NCBI GenBank assembly: GCA_021789595.1
Contig: JAJYJJ010000008.1
Location: forward strand, 25,403 to 89,402
DNA length: 64,000 nucleotides
Direction: 5' to 3'
From: Nitrospirota bacterium
GTDB lineage: Bacteria; Nitrospirota; Thermodesulfovibrionia; UBA6902; JAJYJJ01
Positions within the stretch are counted from its first letter, which is position 1. Every line of letters starts with the position of its first letter. The notes beneath the pieces are model-generated. The model saw nothing but the letters and a program-made list of their open reading frames with translations, was not told the DNA's origin and ran no database searches. The translations under genes were made by a program, and so were the position numbers. Shown here piece by piece: positions 18,070-24,263 of this stretch.

Positions 18070-18346
18070 CATAGTGAGTGAAAAATTGGCGGAAGACAGA
18101 ATTGTAAAGTATATACAGATTTCGGGAATCGCACTTTTTTATGCCTTTGTTGCAGGGGTTGCATTATTCCTCATCAATGGCATAAAGAATGGGTGGGTAT
18201 ACCATGTTTCTTCTGCTCCCTATGAACTTTCCTTCCCCTTTGCAATAATAATATCCGCTATTATTCTAATGGTATTTTCGGTATTGACCCTTGTGGTATC
18301 TATGGTCTTCTGGGGTTTTTTAAGGGATGATATAGTGAAAGGATGA
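18056..18346 (+). CDS. small two-TM membrane protein (96 aa)
   Basis: Overlaps the end of the NrfD-CBS gene by 14 nt and has two hydrophobic spans. No family recognised. Confidence 0.45.
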   Translation: MKGYNIVSEKLAEDRIVKYIQISGIALFYAFVAGVALFLINGIKNGWVYHVSSAPYELSFPFAIIISAIILMVFSVLTLVVSMVFWGFLRDDIVKG

Positions 18347-18414
18347 GTAAATCAAAATTATTCTCTCTTAAAGACTCTTTGACATATAGAATCTGACTCG
18401 TCTTTCTTAAAGCG

Positions 18415-18725
18415 ATGCAGAAAGATTATCTGCATCAAACATCCATACCCTGTGGTCAGAAGGGGAAGGCTGAAACACCCGTCCTAACAAAAACTGTCAT
18501 AACCGTCGGGTGGACTCTCGGGGTAGCAGGGGCGACACGCAGTGGAAGCCATTTGAGGCGGATTTTCAGGAGAACTCCTATGGATTCCGCCCCAAAAGGG
18601 ACGCCCATCAAGCGATGAATGATGTGAGCTATCACATTCGGTATGGAAAGTATCAGGTGATAGATGCCGACATCTCGAAGTATTTTGACAACATACCTCA
18701 TGACAAACTACTTGCGCTGAGATAA
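18415..18725 (+). mobile_element. degenerate fragment of a group II intron reverse transcriptase
   Basis: Frame-split: ...SIPCGQKGKAETP... then WKPFEADFQENSYGFRPKRDAHQAMNDV...VIDADISKYFDNIPHDKLL (RT blocks 2-4). Truncated at both ends. Confidence 0.65.
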
Positions 18726-18803
18726 CAACGCAGTGGAGACTATAAAAAGGGTGTTGCCACTTCCAAGACCCCCTGTTAGGGCAGAGGTGATAATACCGAT
18801 AGT

Positions 18804-18998
18804 TTATAAACTCAATTGATTAATGTAAATTGTTATGGTTGGAAAAATAGAGAGAATAAATTTCTGACCGGTGAATGCAAAATAAAAAATCCTGTGTATA
18901 TTGGCCTTATCCTTTATCCTTATTTCAAAAGGCTTACGATGTCCTGTGATTGGCTTAACATAAGGCTCTTTCACATTAAGACCGTATTGCTCCAGCAA
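18804..18998 (-). pseudogene. truncated RelE/ParE-superfamily (Gp49-like) toxin remnant
   Basis: ...KPITGHRKPFEIRIKDKANIHRIFYFAFTGQKFILS matches the toxin core but then runs into unrelated sequence. No antitoxin partner is present. Confidence 0.45.
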
Positions 18999-19021
18999 GT
19001 CGGCACCGATAGTTCTATTCC

Positions 19022-19381
19022 CTAAGACTGAACAGAGGACAAGGTTATATCCTTACTCACGATGGTAATCCTCTGAAGCCAGAAGATTCCCTTTAAAGGG
19101 GACAATACCCCTTTAATTGTACTTTCCACAAGTAATCGCGTAAAGTCCTTTAGCAATGGGATCTCTCCTTTTTCTGTATAAATACGGAGTTCCGCCTCGT
19201 CTATATAAACTGTTATGTCCCTTGAATCATAGCCCAGCGACAACACAATACCTCTCAAAACATTGCCCATATAGTTCTGGATAAATTCATTAAGCGGCAC
19301 GATAGAATCATTAACGAGCAGACTTGTCTTCAACTGTGTAATATCCTCCCTCTGCACAGGGTTTACACAACACCTTTCCAT
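19022..19381 (-). CDS. hypothetical protein; last gene of the Mo-enzyme operon, start uncertain
   Basis: The tracked ORF overlaps the FmdE-like gene by 71 nt, so the real start is probably internal. No family recognised. Confidence 0.4.
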   Translation of the reverse strand: MERCCVNPVQREDITQLKTSLLVNDSIVPLNEFIQNYMGNVLRGIVLSLGYDSRDITVYIDEAELRIYTEKGEIPLLKDFTRLLVESTIKGVLSPLKGIFWLQRITIVSKDITLSSVQS

Positions 19382-19922
19382 CTCTATGCACCTCCCTCAT
19401 GTCCTGAACATACTCGCCACACACATCGCACTTAACCCTCATCAGCGGCCTACCCGGCATATCCTCAGGCCTTAATTGAACATTCACATCCATCATTTCA
19501 AAGAGTTCTTCATCGGTCATTACCCTGTATGCCTCAAGCTGTGCCTTATATTTGTCCTTCTCAGGAAAATATTCCCTTGCCTTTTCCCTTGCCTCTTCCT
19601 TTGCAATGACCCTAACGGCCTTACCTGTTTTTAGATTTACAAATGTGGCTGCCATTTTGCCGTAGTCCATAAACTTCATTGTCCTGCGTCCAAGGCTGCA
19701 GCCAGTAACAGATTGGACTGCATCCGTTGCACATCTGTCCATCTCAACAAAAACGATCAGATTTTTTTTGTCCTTGCCTTTAGGGTCTTCGATACTAATC
19801 TTTCTCAGTCCAAGCATGGACATCTTTACTCCAAGCATCTGACCCGGGCAGAGATGTCCGTGAATTTTTACTGATTCATCTAAAAGCGATTCGAAATCCA
19901 TTGCATTTATACTATAAACCAT
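19311..19922 (-). CDS. FmdE/FwdE-domain protein with C-terminal zinc ribbon
   Basis: HGHLCPGQMLG and DRCATDAVQSVTGCSLG motifs, plus a C-terminal CDVCGE...CKPC. Confidence 0.8.
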   Translation of the reverse strand: MVYSINAMDFESLLDESVKIHGHLCPGQMLGVKMSMLGLRKISIEDPKGKDKKNLIVFVEMDRCATDAVQSVTGCSLGRRTMKFMDYGKMAATFVNLKTGKAVRVIAKEEAREKAREYFPEKDKYKAQLEAYRVMTDEELFEMMDVNVQLRPEDMPGRPLMRVKCDVCGEYVQDMREVHRDGKVLCKPCAEGGYYTVEDKSAR

Positions 19923-19924
19923 GC

Positions 19925-20566
19925 TTATGTAAATTTATTGTTAACTAAATTCCTTGTCACCTGTGCCAGAGCCTTATAAAATTGCGAGTCCGTTGCTTTT
20001 TCCATATCCATTGTGAACTGTGGAACCCACTTTATAAGATGCTCTTCCAGAAATCTCTTAGCAATATCCATATAATAAAGCCTTTTTTCGGGTTCATTAT
20101 CCATTTTTTGAAACAAGACTGCCATAAAATTCAGTTCTGCTCCAATATGGTCAGACATTATATCAGGATTATTAATTGTTAACCCAATTTTAGTATAAAT
20201 ATTTTTGACTTCATCATATGCATCCTGCATCATCAGTCTTTTAGGTGATGTATATACAGATTCCCACGGCGGACAGGGAAGCTTATATGGTCCGATAAAA
20301 AGCCTTGTGTACTCCCATAACAAATCTTCAAGCTCCTGCCCTGAATTAAGGTCTATCACATCAATAGCATCCTTTAAGCCTGACAAGAGATCAGACACAT
20401 CCAGAGGAAGCAATGTCTTCCAGTTTTCAATGGCCTCTCTTGTAGGTTTGCATAAATACATACTGCTTAAAAGACTGCAAGCTTTTTGCCATTCACTACC
20501 AATAATCATTGTGGCATCCCGCATCGTATTTATACCCCTCATGATCTGTCGTTTATGCAAGGGCAC
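19925..20566 (-). CDS. TorD/DmsD-family redox-enzyme maturation chaperone
   Basis: 213 aa. YTRLFIGPYKLPCPPWESVY and HIGAELNFMA are typical of TorD-like chaperones, and the gene follows the FeS subunit gene. Confidence 0.8.
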   Translation of the reverse strand: MPLHKRQIMRGINTMRDATMIIGSEWQKACSLLSSMYLCKPTREAIENWKTLLPLDVSDLLSGLKDAIDVIDLNSGQELEDLLWEYTRLFIGPYKLPCPPWESVYTSPKRLMMQDAYDEVKNIYTKIGLTINNPDIMSDHIGAELNFMAVLFQKMDNEPEKRLYYMDIAKRFLEEHLIKWVPQFTMDMEKATDSQFYKALAQVTRNLVNNKFT

Positions 20567-20620
20567 AACATATGTTGTACCCTTGCAATCTTACGCAGTG
20601 AAATTTTTATCTCTGTATCC

Positions 20621-21211
20621 TTATTTCTTTATGTTCCTTGCCTCCACAAACCTTATTGAGGGTCTTGTTAATTTTGGGTCTGCAAGGTCTGGCAGCTTTT
20701 CAACAATCTTACCCTTAAATACAGGGTCTGCAAAGGCATTGCCTGCTTCAACATCAGGGAGTCTTCCATTGGAAAGGGCATAGCCCATACAGGTCCTCAC
20801 ACATGCAGGAGGAAGCCCTGCCTTTAGCCTGTGGATGCAGAAGTTACACTTATCTACTTTCTTCTTCTTCTCGTCAAACTGAGGAGCGCCATAAGGACAG
20901 GCGGCCATACAGCGTTTGCAGCCAATGCATTTCTTCTGATCATGCAGTACAACACCGAACTCCGGCTCCTTAGTGTATGCTCCTACAGGACATGCCTTCA
21001 TGCATGCAGGCTCCTCGCAGTGATTGCAGGAGATGGAGATATATCTCACCACAGGATTGGGGTATTTGCCTTCCTCTTTAATAATCACCCTTCTCCGTCT
21101 AATTCCAACAGGCAGGTCAAATTCCTGTTTGCACCCGGCCTCGCATGCCCTGCACGCAATACAGTTGTCCTCATCATAAAGCCACGCCATCTGTTTTGGA
21201 TTCTTTGCCAT
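20621..21211 (-). CDS. 4x[4Fe-4S] electron-transfer subunit of the Mo enzyme
   Basis: CIACRACEAGC, CNHCEEPACMKAC, CIGCKRCMAAC and CNFCIHR...CVRTC. Confidence 0.9.
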   Translation of the reverse strand: MAKNPKQMAWLYDEDNCIACRACEAGCKQEFDLPVGIRRRRVIIKEEGKYPNPVVRYISISCNHCEEPACMKACPVGAYTKEPEFGVVLHDQKKCIGCKRCMAACPYGAPQFDEKKKKVDKCNFCIHRLKAGLPPACVRTCMGYALSNGRLPDVEAGNAFADPVFKGKIVEKLPDLADPKLTRPSIRFVEARNIKK

Positions 21212-21223
21212 TTATATCACCTC

Positions 21224-23575
21224 CTACGCCTTAATTATTCTAATGCCGATTTCTTTATGGACAGCCATGCCCGATGTCTTTTCAGCTACGCCAGCGAGGA
21301 ATTGACCATCTGCTGTGCCTGCAGGCGACCATCTGTTGATCTTGTTCAGAGAGCCTCTTGCTATCTTCCCAAATGCCCAGTGGCCATAGCCATGCTGAAG
21401 TGAAACAACTTCCGGATGTATCCTTTCAGTTGTCTGCACTGTTGCCTTTGCCCTTGCATAAGGAGACTCAAGCCAGATGGCGTCTCCATCCTTAAGCCCG
21501 AGATTTGCCGCAGTGGCAGAATTTATAATGAGAGGATTATCAGACTTCATCTCCATAAGCCAGTTGTTGTTAAATGTCCTTGAATGGGTATGTTCGGACT
21601 GCTTGAAATTGACAAGATAAAGGGGAAACTCAGCAGTTGGTTTATATATTGGCTCAACATAATCTGGCAGAGGATTTAAACCCTTTTTTGCCATCTGTTC
21701 TGAGTAGAACTCTATCTTCTTTGAAGGTGTTGCAAAACCATTCTTTTTATATTTTTCGTAATGGGTTTCACCTCCGATAAACACGGCACCTGGAAGCGCC
21801 AGCATCTCATCAAGTGTCTTTCCAATGGGGCCGTTTTTGAGCTGGTCTGAGATGTATTCGGGATAGGTGTCAGGCAGGGTCTTGCCATCCTTATCCTTTA
21901 GCCCCATCTTCCTAGCGAGGGCAAGGATGAACTCCTGCTCCGTCATCCCATTTATCACTGACTTGACGGCAGGCTGCCTTATGGCTGTGGCAGGGAAGGT
22001 GACCCAGTTCACATTCACTTCCCAGCGCTCGAGATAATGGCTGCCTGGTATCACTATATCTGCAAGCTCGGCAGTCTCGCTCATCATCGTGTCAAAAACG
22101 ACCACATATTCAAGTTTCTTTAGTGCTTCAATATTCTTCCTTGTGTTGGGGATTGCCATAACAAAGTTGTGGAACATAAGCACCGCCGCACGAAGCTGAT
22201 AGGGCTTACCTGAGAGCATTGCATCCCTTGTCTCCACCAATATCCCTGATGGATGGGCAAAAGGATATTTTGTCCCCAGTCCGTCAATCCTTGGCGACTT
22301 GGGTTTATCAACATTGAATGCCCTGCGCTTGCCGCCCATGGCCTGTCTGATCATCATCGTGCCGGGTTTATCATATTGTCCGAGCAGGGCAGGAAGCATC
22401 GCTATTGCCCTTCCGCCGTCTGTTGCATTGGTATGATGGCCTGGACCGCTCCATACATCAACAATAGCGGGCTTGGTTGCGGCAAGCTCTTTTGCTATCC
22501 TTCTTGTGGTTTCTGCCGGCACAGAGGTAATCCTTTCAGCCCATTCAGGGGTTTTATCCCTGACAAGCTCCGCATATTTATCGAACCCTACTGTGTAATT
22601 CTTTATGAATTCCTCATCATACCACCTGTTCCTCACAATCTCATGCCCCAGAGCGAGCGCAAATGCGCCGTCTGTCCCGGGCCTGATAGGTATCCATTCA
22701 TCTGCCTTTGCTGTGGTCTGACTATAGGAGGGGTCGACAACTACCATTTTTGCTCCTTTTGCCCTGCCCCAGTTATATATACCTGGCAGATGAGACCACT
22801 TTGTGGCTCCAAGGAAGTTCCATCCGAAAACAAGGGCATACTTTGTATTTGCAAAGTCAGGTAATGGTCTTTCATCACCCATCACCAGCTTGAATGATGC
22901 CTTTCTTGCCACATCACAGAGGTTTGAATGCTGCGAGTAATTTGGAGAACCGTAGAGAAGGTTGAAGTCTCCCTGCATGTCTGTAAATGATGAGTCTTCA
23001 GTAGTCCAGAAAAGGGCCTCTGGGCCGTATTTCTTCCGTATTTCCAGTAGATTTTTTGCCACATCATCAAGGGCCTCTTTCCATGAGATGGCCTTCCATT
23101 TTCCCGATCCTCTCGGCCCTACCCTCTTCATCGGTTTTTTCAGCCTGTCTGGATCATAGAGCGCCCTCGTTCCTGAATTGCCTTTTGGACACATCCTTCC
23201 GCCAAGGGCCTTTTTCTCAGCATAATCTGTTGAGATATTCGCTACGCCTATAGGGTTATATTCATTCGGTTCGATCTTTACAACCCTTCCATCAACAACA
23301 TGTACCTTTATACCTGATGTGCCTCCGCACATCTGGCATGTGGTATAAATCCATTTGCCTTTCCCGGCAAATAGCGATCCTTCCAGCCTTTCTTGTGCAC
23401 TGGCTTCCCTGAAAAGGCCGAGTTTGTCATCCCATATAAGGCCGCTGGCAATGGCTGCTCCGGCAAGGGCCGATGTCCATTTAAGAAAGGACCTTCTTGT
23501 GAATTCCTTCCCTGTAACTTTTTCAAAAACACTTTTTTCTTCTTCCGTTATAATCCTTTTTTCGCTCATCAACAT
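21224..23575 (-). CDS. periplasmic Mo/W-bisPGD oxidoreductase catalytic subunit (Psr/Phs/Arr/Ttr superfamily, substrate unknown)
   Basis: 783 aa with Tat signal FTRRSFLKWTSALAGAAIA. The N-terminal cluster motif reads CQMCGGTSG...C, candidate Mo-ligand segment is QHSNLCDVARK, and a C-terminal MopB_CT domain is present (GLKDGDAIWLESPYARA). Confidence 0.9.
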   Translation of the reverse strand: MLMSEKRIITEEEKSVFEKVTGKEFTRRSFLKWTSALAGAAIASGLIWDDKLGLFREASAQERLEGSLFAGKGKWIYTTCQMCGGTSGIKVHVVDGRVVKIEPNEYNPIGVANISTDYAEKKALGGRMCPKGNSGTRALYDPDRLKKPMKRVGPRGSGKWKAISWKEALDDVAKNLLEIRKKYGPEALFWTTEDSSFTDMQGDFNLLYGSPNYSQHSNLCDVARKASFKLVMGDERPLPDFANTKYALVFGWNFLGATKWSHLPGIYNWGRAKGAKMVVVDPSYSQTTAKADEWIPIRPGTDGAFALALGHEIVRNRWYDEEFIKNYTVGFDKYAELVRDKTPEWAERITSVPAETTRRIAKELAATKPAIVDVWSGPGHHTNATDGGRAIAMLPALLGQYDKPGTMMIRQAMGGKRRAFNVDKPKSPRIDGLGTKYPFAHPSGILVETRDAMLSGKPYQLRAAVLMFHNFVMAIPNTRKNIEALKKLEYVVVFDTMMSETAELADIVIPGSHYLERWEVNVNWVTFPATAIRQPAVKSVINGMTEQEFILALARKMGLKDKDGKTLPDTYPEYISDQLKNGPIGKTLDEMLALPGAVFIGGETHYEKYKKNGFATPSKKIEFYSEQMAKKGLNPLPDYVEPIYKPTAEFPLYLVNFKQSEHTHSRTFNNNWLMEMKSDNPLIINSATAANLGLKDGDAIWLESPYARAKATVQTTERIHPEVVSLQHGYGHWAFGKIARGSLNKINRWSPAGTADGQFLAGVAEKTSGMAVHKEIGIRIIKA

Positions 23576-23582
23576 CCCTCCT

Positions 23583-23936
23583 TTACTGTGCGTATAATAC
23601 CTTTGCGCCTTTCACACCACCACTGTGGCATCCGGCACAAAGCTGCGGGTCAACCTGCCTCCTCAATGCAGCAGCAGAGCCTTCTCTTAAATCAACGGAT
23701 TGATGACAGTCGGCACAATTCTTTGGTGTTCCAAGCTTTGATTCAAGGTGCACCCTGTGGTATGTCTTGAACTTCTTATTCAGTGTTACTCTCGTTTTGA
23801 TGTTGGCATGGCATGCAAGACACTGCTTATTGCTAAGTTTACCTGCATTTTTATGCAGGTAAATAAGGTTCTTTTCTGCAGCAACTGCTACAGAAACAAA
23901 CATAAGCACAAAGCATACAACCAAAAACCTTTTCAT
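23583..23936 (-). CDS. secreted trihaem c-type cytochrome
   Basis: Signal peptide plus CLACH, CADCH and CAGCH. First gene of the operon; SD GGAGGAGG. Confidence 0.8.
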   Translation of the reverse strand: MKRFLVVCFVLMFVSVAVAAEKNLIYLHKNAGKLSNKQCLACHANIKTRVTLNKKFKTYHRVHLESKLGTPKNCADCHQSVDLREGSAAALRRQVDPQLCAGCHSGGVKGAKVLYAQ

Positions 23937-24076
23937 AAACCTCCTCCTTTCATGAAATGATTTTCATTCAGAGAGACATCTAAGATTTTATTTTTCCCAC
24001 CTCCTTCTTCCCATCAGATTAACTCTAAAATTCCTTATTGCATTACCTCAAATAAAATTCTTTTACCGACTTATTT

Positions 24077-24092
24077 ATCAACTTTCATGCCA
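24077..24092 (-). promoter_or_regulatory. weak sigma-54-like promoter TGGCATGAAAGTTGAT
   Basis: Spacing is correct and the -24 element is good, but the -12 element reads GA instead of GC. It lies about 140 nt upstream of the cytochrome ATG. Confidence 0.3.
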
Positions 24093-24225
24093 CATGTAAC
24101 TCCTTGAATTTAAAAGATTTGTGTTTTCAAGAGTGTTACGAAAAGGAAACACATCTTGGATAAAAATCCCCCTTTAGCTTTTATTTTCAACAAAAAATAC
24201 ATTTTTTCCTCCGAAAATATTCAAA

Positions 24226-24243
24226 TGTTACAATTGTGTAACA
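24226..24243. promoter_or_regulatory. inverted repeat TGTTAC-N6-GTAACA (candidate response-regulator site)
   Basis: Perfect 6-bp arms. A further TGTTAC occurs at 24133-24138. It lies about 140 nt upstream of the candidate -24/-12 element. Confidence 0.3.
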
Positions 24244-24263
24244 ATGTTTTCATCCATTATCTT

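Noticed and set aside
21224-23575. Calling the catalytic subunit ArrA (arsenate respiratory reductase) or ArxA outright because of the ars context
   Set aside because: I could not find the (R/K)GRY or GRGWG motifs I recall for those clades, and the FS0 motif is atypical. No ArrC/ArxC-type anchor is present either. It is kept as an unknown-substrate member of the superfamily.
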